Positions 14,947-23,553 of a DNA stretch of 32,000 nucleotides are shown one piece after another (within the stretch, counting starts at the first letter, position 1; the number at the start of each line of letters is the position of its first letter). Under the pieces are notes generated by a model. That model was not told the DNA's origin and made no database searches. It saw only the letters and a program-made list of their open reading frames with translations. Made by a program: the position numbers and the translations under genes. Origin of the DNA: Candidatus Methylomirabilis limnetica (GTDB lineage Bacteria; Methylomirabilota; Methylomirabilia; Methylomirabilales; Methylomirabilaceae); contig NZ_NVQC01000008.1 in assembly GCF_003044035.1 (NCBI RefSeq), forward strand, positions 75,890 to 107,889, in the 5' to 3' direction.

Positions 14947-16116
14947 ATGGGAACGGGCAACCAATCGAAGTCCGGATTCGTCAGGAGCGGGATAATCATT
15001 TTGGGCGGCGTGCTCCTTGGAGTGGGCCTCTGGCCGATAAGCGGGGGGGTTATCAGTTTCGCTCAAGGTCAAAAGTCAACACCTTACGCGTTGAAGCTGC
15101 CACCTGGTGTCCTCGAGCCAATCATTCCGGAAGACAACCCGCTTTCAGTAGAAAAGGTGGCATTGGGTAAGACGCTCTATTTTGATAAACGTCTTTCCGT
15201 GGATAACACAATTAGCTGCGCTGGCTGCCACGACCCCAGGCTTGGATTCGCGGATGGGAAAAAGGTTGCGGAGGGGATCGAACAGAAAAAAGGGGCCAGG
15301 AGCAGCCCCACGACGTTAAACACCGCCTTTCTTGATACCCAGTTCTGGGATGGCCGGGCTTCGAGCCTGGAAGAACAAGCCAAAGGACCTCTTGTGAACC
15401 CCGTTGAGATGGGGATGCCATCGCATGATGTCCTTGTGACCAAACTTCGGAAGATTCCGGAGTACCGCCGGGGATTCCTGGAGGTCTTTGGGACAGAGGA
15501 CTTTACTATCGATCATGTGGCGAAAGCCATCGCATCCTTCGAGCGGACCCTTAATACCTTTAACTCCCCCTTCGATCGCTTCATTGGCGGCGATAAAGGT
15601 GCCATTAGTCCATCTGCGCAGAGGGGATGGGAGCTTTTTCAGGGGAAGGCCCGCTGCCTCACCTGCCATGAGTTCAACACCGCTTACCCCTTCTTCACCG
15701 ACAATAAGTTCCACAACATCGGGGTGGCCACGAAGGCGGTGAACTCTGAAGTCCTGGCCAGGAGGGCGGCAGTGGAAACGGATGTGGCGAGGCTGACCCG
15801 CGAGCCAGGGGCTTCCGAATTGGGCCGGTATCTCGTCACACAACAGCCTAAGGACATCGGGGCTTTTAAAACCCCCGGGCTCAGGGAGATCGCGCACACA
15901 GCCCCATACATGCACGACGGGAGTGAACCGACACTGGATACCATGATCGATTTCTACGATAAGGGCGGAATTCCCAATCCGAATCTGGATGGCGGCATGC
16001 GACCTCTTAGGCTGACCTTAGAGGAGAGGAAGGATCTTGTAGAGTTTCTGAAGGCCCTGACAAGCGACGATCTGGCCCGTTTCGTTAAGGATCTCGATGG
16101 CATAGTGGGTCGATAG
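14947..16116 (+). CDS. Di-heme cytochrome c peroxidase (CCP/MauG family)
   Basis: 389 aa. N-terminal membrane/signal segment, CAGCH and CLTCH heme motifs, plus FWDGRASSLEEQAKGPLVNPVEMG and GAFKTPGLREIAHTAPYMHDGS family blocks. Confidence 0.9.
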   Translation: MGTGNQSKSGFVRSGIIILGGVLLGVGLWPISGGVISFAQGQKSTPYALKLPPGVLEPIIPEDNPLSVEKVALGKTLYFDKRLSVDNTISCAGCHDPRLGFADGKKVAEGIEQKKGARSSPTTLNTAFLDTQFWDGRASSLEEQAKGPLVNPVEMGMPSHDVLVTKLRKIPEYRRGFLEVFGTEDFTIDHVAKAIASFERTLNTFNSPFDRFIGGDKGAISPSAQRGWELFQGKARCLTCHEFNTAYPFFTDNKFHNIGVATKAVNSEVLARRAAVETDVARLTREPGASELGRYLVTQQPKDIGAFKTPGLREIAHTAPYMHDGSEPTLDTMIDFYDKGGIPNPNLDGGMRPLRLTLEERKDLVEFLKALTSDDLARFVKDLDGIVGR

Positions 16117-16134
16117 TTCAAGGAGGAGGGACAG

Positions 16135-17244
16135 ATGAAGCGACAGACGCTACGTCCAGAGGAACGGAAGCAGTTCTTCACATCTCTTCGAAAGATGAGC
16201 CGACGGGAGTTCTTTTCTACCGCCGGGAAGGTGGCCGCCATGGCTGCGGCCTCGGACCTGGTGATCAGATTCGGGAACCACATCATCTCCAACTCGCCGC
16301 ACTCCTTTCAGCCCGTGGAACTGGCCTATGGCGCCGAGAAGTTTACCTTCGCCTACGTGTCCGACACTCACCTCCTTGCCAAAGGAATGACGCACCGGTT
16401 CGCGAAGGCTGCATTGAAGGCTGTCAGAGACGTTAACGCCATGAGTCCCCAGCCGGACTTCGTTCTTTTCGGGGGGGACCTGGCCCAGCTTGGCCAGGCC
16501 GAGGAGCTGAAGCTCGGGAAAGAGATCCTCGATGAGCTGAAGCCGAAGCGTCACATGATGGTCGGGGAGCACGACTGGTACTTGGATATGGGCGAGAAGT
16601 GGCGCGAGCTGTTCGGCGACCCGTGGTACGCCTTCGACCACAAGGGGGTCCATTTCGTCGTCCTGAACAGCGTCATCGTGGAGGACTACTGGACGGCCCC
16701 CAAGATGAAGCCGATGGAGCGGATGCTCTTCATGGCTCAGCTCGACAACCCGAAGGGGAAGCCGTTCACAGTCGGTGAGGAGCAGCGGGACTGGCTCCAG
16801 AAGAACCTGGCCAACGTGGACAAAGGGACGCCCGTCGTGATTTTTTCCCACTCGCCCCTGTATAAGTACTACAAGCCCTGGAACTTTTGGACCGACGATG
16901 CCGAGGAGGTGCAGAAGCTCCTGGCGCCCTTTACGTCTGTGACGGTGATTCACGCCCACACCCACCAGGTCCTGACGAACAGAATCGGCAACATCCACTT
17001 CCACGGCGTGCTCTCCACGGCTTGGCCGTGGCCATACGCTCCCGAGGGGCTCCCAGGGCTCACCGTGCAGATGGACCGGGCTGATCCGTTCAACCAGTTC
17101 GATGCCTGTGGATGGGGGACGGTGGATGTTCTCTCGACCGGACGGGCCAATAAGAGCTATAAACTGTGGGACCGGAACCCGATGAATGTGACCGCTGCTC
17201 AGCTTGAATCCGGCAAAGCGGCCGCCCCAGGGCCTTCGTATTAG
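16135..17244 (+). CDS. Tat-exported calcineurin-like metallophosphoesterase with atypical motif III
   Basis: 369 aa. SD AAGGAGGAGGG. Twin-arginine signal SRREFFSTAGKVAAMAAAS. MPE motifs are YVSDTHL, FGGDLAQ, VGEHDW (GEHD where GNHD/E is expected), FSHSPL and IHAHTH. Confidence 0.85.
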   Translation: MKRQTLRPEERKQFFTSLRKMSRREFFSTAGKVAAMAAASDLVIRFGNHIISNSPHSFQPVELAYGAEKFTFAYVSDTHLLAKGMTHRFAKAALKAVRDVNAMSPQPDFVLFGGDLAQLGQAEELKLGKEILDELKPKRHMMVGEHDWYLDMGEKWRELFGDPWYAFDHKGVHFVVLNSVIVEDYWTAPKMKPMERMLFMAQLDNPKGKPFTVGEEQRDWLQKNLANVDKGTPVVIFSHSPLYKYYKPWNFWTDDAEEVQKLLAPFTSVTVIHAHTHQVLTNRIGNIHFHGVLSTAWPWPYAPEGLPGLTVQMDRADPFNQFDACGWGTVDVLSTGRANKSYKLWDRNPMNVTAAQLESGKAAAPGPSY

Positions 17245-17267
17245 GATTGAGGCAGAGGAGAAAAGCA

Positions 17268-18008
17268 ATGCAAACGCGAGTCGTTGTCAGGGTGCTCATC
17301 GTAGGTGTGTTCATGGCTGTGGCTATCGGTCCCTTGACTGCCGACCAGGTCAAAGCCACGGATGCTGCCACCCCTTCGTCCTCTCAGATAGCAGCCGCAG
17401 CTTCAGGAGAGGCATGGGTGACGAAGACGGTTACGGCATGCGATAAGAAGAAGACGGTCATCGTCGAGGGGTACCGTGCAGGAGAGGTGCTGCCCCAGGA
17501 GAAGGCCCGGCAGGTGGCGAAGCTGCTCATGGCGCTGATGAAGTACTGTGACTACCAGGTCATTGCCAGACTCCCCCAGCAGGAGACGACGGTTTATCTC
17601 TCCATCGAGGGCCAGCCGTTCGTTGAGATGCAAGAAGTCGAACAGAAGTTGCCCATCCTGCTTGTCCAGGGGGTGCTGCCCACAGAGCGGGAAAAGCGCG
17701 TTTGGGCCGCCGAGCAGAAACGGATGATCGAAGAAGGCTATAAACTCTTTCACAGCTCGGCGCTGGGGACCAACGGCATTTCCTGTGACATGTGTCATCC
17801 GGATGCCTCGAACACGCATCCGGAGACCTATCCCAAGTTCCAGACGCAGCTAAAGACGGTCGCCCTCCTCAGGGACCAGATCAATTGGTGCATCGAAAAT
17901 CCGTTGGAGGGTAAGAAGCTCTCTGGCGACGATCCCGAGATGAAAGCATTGGAGGCCTATATCTACTCTGCGCGGTCAGGGAAAAGCCTGGAGCCTGGAA
18001 AGCACTAA
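17268..18008 (+). CDS. Periplasmic mono-heme c-type cytochrome, SoxA/TsdA-like C-terminal domain
   Basis: Start at ATG 17268 after GAGGAG; the track ORF uses TTG 17247. It has a signal peptide and a single CDMCH. RDQINWCIENPLEGKKLSGDDPEMKALEAYI resembles the INxC...L...E..AL.AY block I recall from SoxA-type cytochromes. Confidence 0.8.
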   Translation: MQTRVVVRVLIVGVFMAVAIGPLTADQVKATDAATPSSSQIAAAASGEAWVTKTVTACDKKKTVIVEGYRAGEVLPQEKARQVAKLLMALMKYCDYQVIARLPQQETTVYLSIEGQPFVEMQEVEQKLPILLVQGVLPTEREKRVWAAEQKRMIEEGYKLFHSSALGTNGISCDMCHPDASNTHPETYPKFQTQLKTVALLRDQINWCIENPLEGKKLSGDDPEMKALEAYIYSARSGKSLEPGKH

Positions 18009-18078
18009 GACCCGGGAAGTTATCCGACAGGGTTCGTTTTTCGCGAAGTAATCTCGACGTCGTTAGTTCACACTTCCC

Positions 18079-18116
18079 CACCTGTGAGGACCCCCGTTCT
18101 CACAGGTGTATTTTTT
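18079..18116 (+). terminator. Rho-independent terminator of the ccp operon
   Basis: CACCTGTGAG (18079-18088) pairs with CTCACAGGTG (18099-18108), followed by TATTTTTT. Confidence 0.8.
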
Positions 18117-18162
18117 CAATGGGCAAGAAGGGTCGATTGCTAAAGAGATAGTGCAAGCTGCG

Positions 18163-18187
18163 GTAGGGGCGCCCCTTGTGGGTGCCC
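18163..18187 (+). repeat. REP-like hairpin with GTAGG head (family B)
   Basis: GTAGGGGCGCCCCTTGTGGGTGCCC. It is near-identical to 3609-3633, including the flanking ..CTCAT. Confidence 0.5.
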
Positions 18188-18501
18188 TCATGCGAGGTGC
18201 GGCGGAGCCTGATTGAGGACTTAGCGGGTAGGGGGCTTACATGAGGGGTGAAGAAGCCTTTCAGGCTGCTCCCTTTTCGCCTTTTTCACCTTAGTAGAGA
18301 GTGCTATACTGCGTATGCTATGTTTGGGGTTGAAAGAGATGGGGTTGACGGGGATAGCGTCTATTGCGTCCAGAGCGTCGGTGTGTCTGTTGCGTTGATT
18401 GGGTCGCTGAGTCGGTTGCGCTCCACGCGACGACGCTAAAGACGCGATGACGCCATAGCTTGGTGGCGTGGCGAAATCAATCGTTACGGCAGAGGTGAGT
18501 T

Positions 18502-19062
18502 TTGGCCGATCACGGCACTGCGGGAGAGGATAAGGAAGATCGTTTGGTCGTGACGCCGGAGGAGAGCGACGCGACCCTTTGGTCTCGACGGGATTTTTTT
18601 TGCCTCGCAGGGTGGGGCGGGATAGCGGGGGCGCTCGGTGTCGGCGGCTTGGCGTTCGGACGCTTGATGTTCCCCAGAGTGCTCTTCGAGCCATTAGCGG
18701 TCTTCAAGGCCGGCCTGCCGGAGGAGTACCCGATCGGAACCGTCAGCGAACGGTGGAAGCAGGAGGAGCGCGTGTGGATCGTCCACGAGCCTGACGGATT
18801 CTACGCGCTCTCCGCGATCTGCACGCATCTCGGTTGTACCCCAAACTGGTTGAATGCGGAGGACAAGTTCAAATGCCCCTGCCACGGCAGCGGTTTCCGT
18901 AGGACTGGGCTCAACTTCGAGGGTCCCGCCCCTCGGCCGCTGGAGCGAGTTAAGATTGCTCTGGGTGACGACGGGCAACTTGTGATCGATAAGGGCGTTC
19001 AGTTCCGCTTTGAGAGAGGAGACTGGACCAGGCCTGGGGCTTTTCTCAAGCTCAAGGTCTAG
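18502..19062 (+). CDS. Rieske [2Fe-2S] subunit of a cytochrome bc-type complex (Tat signal)
   Basis: 186 aa. TTG start after AGAGGTGAG, SRRDFF twin-arginine motif, and the cluster boxes CTHLGC and CPCHGS. Confidence 0.9.
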   Translation: MADHGTAGEDKEDRLVVTPEESDATLWSRRDFFCLAGWGGIAGALGVGGLAFGRLMFPRVLFEPLAVFKAGLPEEYPIGTVSERWKQEERVWIVHEPDGFYALSAICTHLGCTPNWLNAEDKFKCPCHGSGFRRTGLNFEGPAPRPLERVKIALGDDGQLVIDKGVQFRFERGDWTRPGAFLKLKV

Positions 19063-19084
19063 CTGAGAGAGGATCAGAACGCGG

Positions 19085-19855
19085 ATGCCCAACCTGAACG
19101 AGTTGAAGAAAAAGATCGTTGAGTCGCAGCTATGGCGCTCGATGTTTCGTCACGATTATCTGGACACCCCACGCAACCGGGTGCTGCAGATCATGGCGAA
19201 TGTCTGGCTCCACCTGCACCCTCCTAAGATCCGACGCCACGCCCTCAGAGTTCGCTATACCTGGTGTATGGGTGGCATCACCTTCCTGGTGTTCCTGGTA
19301 ACGGTGGTGACCGGTGTCATCCTGATGTTCTACTATCGCCCGGTAGCTGAGTACGCCTATGCTGACATGAAATACCTGCAGCACGATGTCCCGTTTGGCA
19401 TGATCATGCGCAACATGCATCGATGGGCGGCGCATGCCATGGTGATCACGATCTGGCTGCACATGTTTCGAGTCTTTATGACCGGCTCATACAAACCGCC
19501 GAGGGAATTCAACTGGGTTGTGGGGGTCGTACTGCTTACCATCACGCTGCTCCTGAGTTTTACCGGCTACCTCCTGCCATGGGACCAGCTTTCGATCTGG
19601 GCCGTAACGGTCGGAACCAACATGGCCCGCGCCACCCCACTTCTTGGGAGTGAGGGTCCATTTGGCGAAGTGGTCGGCGTTACCTCGCGGTATGACGCCA
19701 GGTCCTTCTTGCTTGGTGGCACCCTCGTTGGACCTCCTGCGCTCCTTAGATTTTACGTCCTGCACTGTATCTTGTTACCCATCCTGGCCGGCCTCCTCAT
19801 GATCGTACATTTCTGGAGGATCAGGAAAGATGGGGGGGTCTCGGGTCCGTTATAG
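19085..19855 (+). CDS. Cytochrome b, b6-type split N-terminal subunit
   Basis: 256 aa. It has the cytochrome b N-terminal domain pattern ([23 protein letters not shown]...[13 protein letters not shown]). Its length and the following separate subunit-IV gene indicate a split b6-like organisation. Confidence 0.9.
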   Translation: MPNLNELKKKIVESQLWRSMFRHDYLDTPRNRVLQIMANVWLHLHPPKIRRHALRVRYTWCMGGITFLVFLVTVVTGVILMFYYRPVAEYAYADMKYLQHDVPFGMIMRNMHRWAAHAMVITIWLHMFRVFMTGSYKPPREFNWVVGVVLLTITLLLSFTGYLLPWDQLSIWAVTVGTNMARATPLLGSEGPFGEVVGVTSRYDARSFLLGGTLVGPPALLRFYVLHCILLPILAGLLMIVHFWRIRKDGGVSGPL

Positions 19856-19886
19856 CGATGAATGAAGAGTAGCGACGAGCGAAACG

Positions 19887-20696
19887 ATGGCTGAAACAAA
19901 ACAGGATACAGAGGCGAAACCGGCCGTACGATCTGCCGACACGAGGGAACCAGCAGTGGCCGATCGAGTCCACGTCTGGCCCTACCTCGTTCGCAACGAG
20001 TTCATCGCCTCGATCATTGTGATGGTTATTCTGACCGTTTGGTCGATCACGATCGATGCCCCTCTGGAGGAGGCAGCCAATCCCACACAGACCCCCAATC
20101 CAAGTAAGGCTCCATGGTATTTCCTTGGGCTTCAGGAGCTGCTGGTCTATTTCGATCCTTGGTTTGCCGGTGTCGTCCTGCCGAGCTTGATCATCGTTGG
20201 GCTTATGGTCATCCCGTATGTCGATATCAACCCCAAGGGCAACGGGTATTACACCTTCAGAGAGCGGCCCTTCGCCATCTCGACGTTTCTCTTCGGCTTT
20301 TTATTCCTGTGGGTCTCGCTGATCATTACTGGAGTTTTCTTCAGGGGCCCCGGGTGGAATCTCTTCTGGCCGTGGGAGGCCTGGGATCCCCACTTGGTCG
20401 TTGCGATCACCAATATCGATCTTTCCGCTTGGGGTCCGTTCAAGTGGATGGGCAACCCCAAGATCTTCGGGGTTGAGATGATCGGGTTTGTGCTGATCTT
20501 TCTCTACTTCAGCACGGCGGTCGTTTTTTACTACCTAAAGCGGGACATGAGCGACGCTATCCGTCAGTTGGGCCCTATGCGCTACGGGATCGTGGCCTTC
20601 CTCTTTCTGACGATGATGAGCCTTCCGATCAAGATTATCCTCCGCCTGGCATTCAACATCAAGAATGTCTGGGTGACTCCATGGTTCAACATTTGA
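19887..20696 (+). CDS. Cytochrome b C-terminal domain / subunit IV homologue with extra C-terminal TM helices
   Basis: 269 aa. The Qo-loop region NPSKAPWYFLGLQELLVYF aligns to the PEWYF block of subunit IV or cytochrome b. Confidence 0.8.
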   Translation: MAETKQDTEAKPAVRSADTREPAVADRVHVWPYLVRNEFIASIIVMVILTVWSITIDAPLEEAANPTQTPNPSKAPWYFLGLQELLVYFDPWFAGVVLPSLIIVGLMVIPYVDINPKGNGYYTFRERPFAISTFLFGFLFLWVSLIITGVFFRGPGWNLFWPWEAWDPHLVVAITNIDLSAWGPFKWMGNPKIFGVEMIGFVLIFLYFSTAVVFYYLKRDMSDAIRQLGPMRYGIVAFLFLTMMSLPIKIILRLAFNIKNVWVTPWFNI

Positions 20697-20722
20697 CGTT
20701 ACTGTTCGGTTGAGGTTGCCTG

Positions 20723-23449
20723 GTGCAGATGTGGAGAAGATGGCGCACGAGTAAGCTGGCAGAGCAGCGATCCTTACGGGTCTTGTTCTTTACTGTGAGC
20801 ATGCTCTTTCTCCTGGTTACTGTATGGGCAGTGTGGGACGAGGGGAAGACCAGACGCCCGTGGAAAGCATACCAGCAAGAGTTCCACCGGCTGGAGCGTG
20901 AGCGGGTCGCTCTGGAACTCGCCACGGAGCGATCGAAGCTTGGCGCGCCGGAAGTTCAGGCTGCCATTGCCAAGCTTGGCGAGGACCTGAAAGCGGCGCA
21001 GGCGAGGTTGGCCGGACCCGAGTCCGTCAAAGCGCAGCAAGTCCTTGCTCAACGTGAGACCGAGCATACAGAGATGAACACAAAGGCCCAGTTTATCAAG
21101 AGCGAGCTGGATGAAGCGCTCTACTGGGTGGAGCATGCCATTCACAGCAAAAATGACAGCACAAAGCCCCGAGCGAAGGTGGCGGAGATTGAAAAGCAGT
21201 TGCGTGGACTCACCGCGCAGGTCAATATGCTGAACGCAAGGGCAGAGGAAGCTCGGGGGATTGTCAAGCGGTTTCATGTCGATGTGGATACTATTCGTGG
21301 CAGGATTGACGAGCTGACCGCTCCGGCTGTTACTATCGAGAAACGCCTGGAGTCAATCGGGGTCCGCCCCCTCGAGGTCAAGCAGATTGTCGTGGAGGGT
21401 CTGGCGATCAACGAGTTCAAGGTACCGATCCTGACCGTCGATCGCTGTGCGACATGCCATCTTGCGATCGATCGGCCTGGGTTTGACCAGGTCAAGCAGC
21501 CCTTCCGCACCCATCCGTATCGGGAGGTCCTGTTTGGCAATCATCCGATCGCCCGCTTCGGTTGCACAGCTTGCCACCAGGGGCAGGGGCCGACCCTCGA
21601 GGTTGAAGCGGCACACGGCGAGGTCCCTCACTGGGCGCGCCCGCTGCTGCGTGGCGACTTCGCGCAGACGAGTTGCCGAAAGTGCCATGCCGAAAAGAAG
21701 GAGTTTGCGCTGGCGCCAGTCTATTCGCGCGGCAGACAGATGGTAGAGGAGCTCGGCTGCTTCGGCTGTCACGCGATGGCGGGGTTCGAGAAGGTTCAGA
21801 AAGTGGGACCGGATCTGACACGGATCGCCAGCAAGGTTGATCCGAGCTGGCTCGTTCGGTGGATCAAAAAGCCAAGAGAGTATCTTCCCAAGACTAAGAT
21901 GCCCCATTTTGGGCTGTCTGATGATGACGCATTGAGCATCGCGGCGTATCTTCTTCGTGCTTCTAAGCCTATGCCGGAGCTTCATGGTGCGTTTAAGGCC
22001 CCCACTTCGGTCGAGCGTGGAAGGGAGATCGTGAGCTCGGTTGGCTGCCTCGGCTGCCACCGGATCCCTGGCATGGAGGCGAAGGCCCCGCTTGCCGGCG
22101 CTCCGCCCGCTGTGGCGTCGGTCCATACTCTCGCAGCGCAGTCGGAAAGCGAAAAAGAAGCACCGGGGGGAGCCGCCAAGACAGCGCCTGAACCGAAACC
22201 GGTGAAAGCCTGGCTGGTCGCTCCTCCTCCATTGCCGGAGAATCAGGATTTCGCGCCGGATCTCTCAAAGATAGCCGGCAAGGTGAACGCGGACTGGCTC
22301 TTCGCCTGGGTCAAGAATCCGAAGCAGTTTCGGCCAACAACCCGGATGCCCGATCTGCGCCTCTCCGACGACGAGGCTCGGGCAGTCACCGCCTTCCTGA
22401 TGACGCTTGGGCAGAAGCGAATGGTTGGCGGCCTGGAACAGGAGGTGAGGAAGGCCGAGCGGATCGCGGCGGGTGAGCGTCTGATCCGCAAACGGGGCTG
22501 TTTTGGTTGCCACGACATGAAGGGATTTGAGACGTCGGAGAAGATTGCGCCGGATCTCAGCAACTTCAGCCAGAAGCGATTGCTGGAGCTGTTCTTCGGC
22601 GAGGCCGTTCAGGTGAAGCAGACCTGGCAGGACTACACCTTCTGGAAGCTGAAGGATCCCCAGATTTACGCCACCGAACGGGTTGAGCAATTAATGCCGA
22701 ACTTTAGTTTCAGCGACGAAGAGGCGAAGACGCTGAGGGTCTTCCTGAAGAGTCTCAGCACCGAGCGTGTGCAGCCGCAGTTCCAGCGGAGCCTTTCTGA
22801 CGAGGAGCTGGCTATTCAGAACGGGCGGACCCTTGTGAAGCGCTACAACTGTAACGGGTGTCACGTCATCGAAGGGCAGGGCGGCGCCATTGCCGCCTTT
22901 TACGCCAACGAGACCAAGGCCCCGCCTCCTCTTGAGGTGGGGATGATACATGAGGGGGAGAAGGTTCAGGCCACATGGCTGTACCAATTCCTTGGGCGGC
23001 CTACACCGCTCAGGCCGTGGCTCGATGCCCGGATGCCGACATTCGGTCTCAGCATCGAAGAAGCCACCACCCTGACGAAGTATTTCGCGGTGATGGGCAA
23101 GCAGCAGGTTCCCTATGAGTATGTCTCGGTGGGGGAGCCGGCCCCAGAGATGATTAAGGCCGGACGATTGCTGATGTCGAAGGACTACTTTGACTGCTTC
23201 ACCTGTCACCAGCAGGGCGAGAAGAAGCCCGAGGGCCCGCCTGAGGGCTGGGCGCCGGATCTCGGCCTGGCCAAGCGCCGCTTACGGCCGATCTGGATCG
23301 GTAAGTGGATGAAGGACCCGCAGAAGATCCAGCCGGGAACCAAGATGCCCAGCTACTATCCTGACGGTCCGGACGATATCCTTGGAGGGAAGGAGGACCT
23401 ACAGATCCAGGCCATTACTGAATACCTGATGCATTTGGGTGAGAACTGA
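20723..23449 (+). CDS. Membrane-anchored octaheme c-type cytochrome with long N-terminal coiled coil
   Basis: 908 aa, starting at GTG 20723 or ATG 20729. There is one TM helix. Eight CXXCH motifs are present: CATCH, CTACH, CRKCH, CFGCH, CLGCH, CFGCH, CNGCH, CFTCH. The last five sit in repeated class-I-like modules, each ending with ..MP.F.LSD.EA..L..YL. Confidence 0.85.
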   Translation: MQMWRRWRTSKLAEQRSLRVLFFTVSMLFLLVTVWAVWDEGKTRRPWKAYQQEFHRLERERVALELATERSKLGAPEVQAAIAKLGEDLKAAQARLAGPESVKAQQVLAQRETEHTEMNTKAQFIKSELDEALYWVEHAIHSKNDSTKPRAKVAEIEKQLRGLTAQVNMLNARAEEARGIVKRFHVDVDTIRGRIDELTAPAVTIEKRLESIGVRPLEVKQIVVEGLAINEFKVPILTVDRCATCHLAIDRPGFDQVKQPFRTHPYREVLFGNHPIARFGCTACHQGQGPTLEVEAAHGEVPHWARPLLRGDFAQTSCRKCHAEKKEFALAPVYSRGRQMVEELGCFGCHAMAGFEKVQKVGPDLTRIASKVDPSWLVRWIKKPREYLPKTKMPHFGLSDDDALSIAAYLLRASKPMPELHGAFKAPTSVERGREIVSSVGCLGCHRIPGMEAKAPLAGAPPAVASVHTLAAQSESEKEAPGGAAKTAPEPKPVKAWLVAPPPLPENQDFAPDLSKIAGKVNADWLFAWVKNPKQFRPTTRMPDLRLSDDEARAVTAFLMTLGQKRMVGGLEQEVRKAERIAAGERLIRKRGCFGCHDMKGFETSEKIAPDLSNFSQKRLLELFFGEAVQVKQTWQDYTFWKLKDPQIYATERVEQLMPNFSFSDEEAKTLRVFLKSLSTERVQPQFQRSLSDEELAIQNGRTLVKRYNCNGCHVIEGQGGAIAAFYANETKAPPPLEVGMIHEGEKVQATWLYQFLGRPTPLRPWLDARMPTFGLSIEEATTLTKYFAVMGKQQVPYEYVSVGEPAPEMIKAGRLLMSKDYFDCFTCHQQGEKKPEGPPEGWAPDLGLAKRRLRPIWIGKWMKDPQKIQPGTKMPSYYPDGPDDILGGKEDLQIQAITEYLMHLGEN

Positions 23450-23489
23450 CCCGTCCATAGCGTCTATTGCGGCAGCGTCCATTTCCTCT

Positions 23490-23530
23490 ACGCAACAGAC
23501 GCAACAACGCAACAGACGCAATGACGCAAC
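23490..23530 (+). repeat. Tandem ACGCAAY array (five units, period 8-9 nt; 2.4 copies of a 17-mer)
   Basis: ACGCAAC ag ACGCAAC a ACGCAAC ag ACGCAAT g ACGCAAC, with unit starts at 23490, 23499, 23507, 23516 and 23524. It lies between the octaheme stop (23449) and the cupredoxin start (23554). Confidence 0.9.
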
Positions 23531-23553
23531 AAGAGAAAAGGAGGCGATACTCC

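Noticed and set aside
16150-17268. 372-aa minus-strand ORF
   Set aside because: It is an almost exact mirror of the metallophosphoesterase gene, which has a Tat signal, an SD and the catalytic motifs. The antisense product has none.
18196-18300. Possible small RNA: an imperfect long hairpin GGAGCCTGA...TCAGGCTGCTCC followed by a T-rich run, in the long leader before the Rieske gene
   Set aside because: The pairing is imperfect and I see no clear promoter. I cannot support it without expression or covariation data.
23490-23530. Possible CRISPR array (regular short repeats)
   Set aside because: The units are 7 nt with 1-2 nt spacing, so there are no spacers. The array is far too short, and there are no cas genes.
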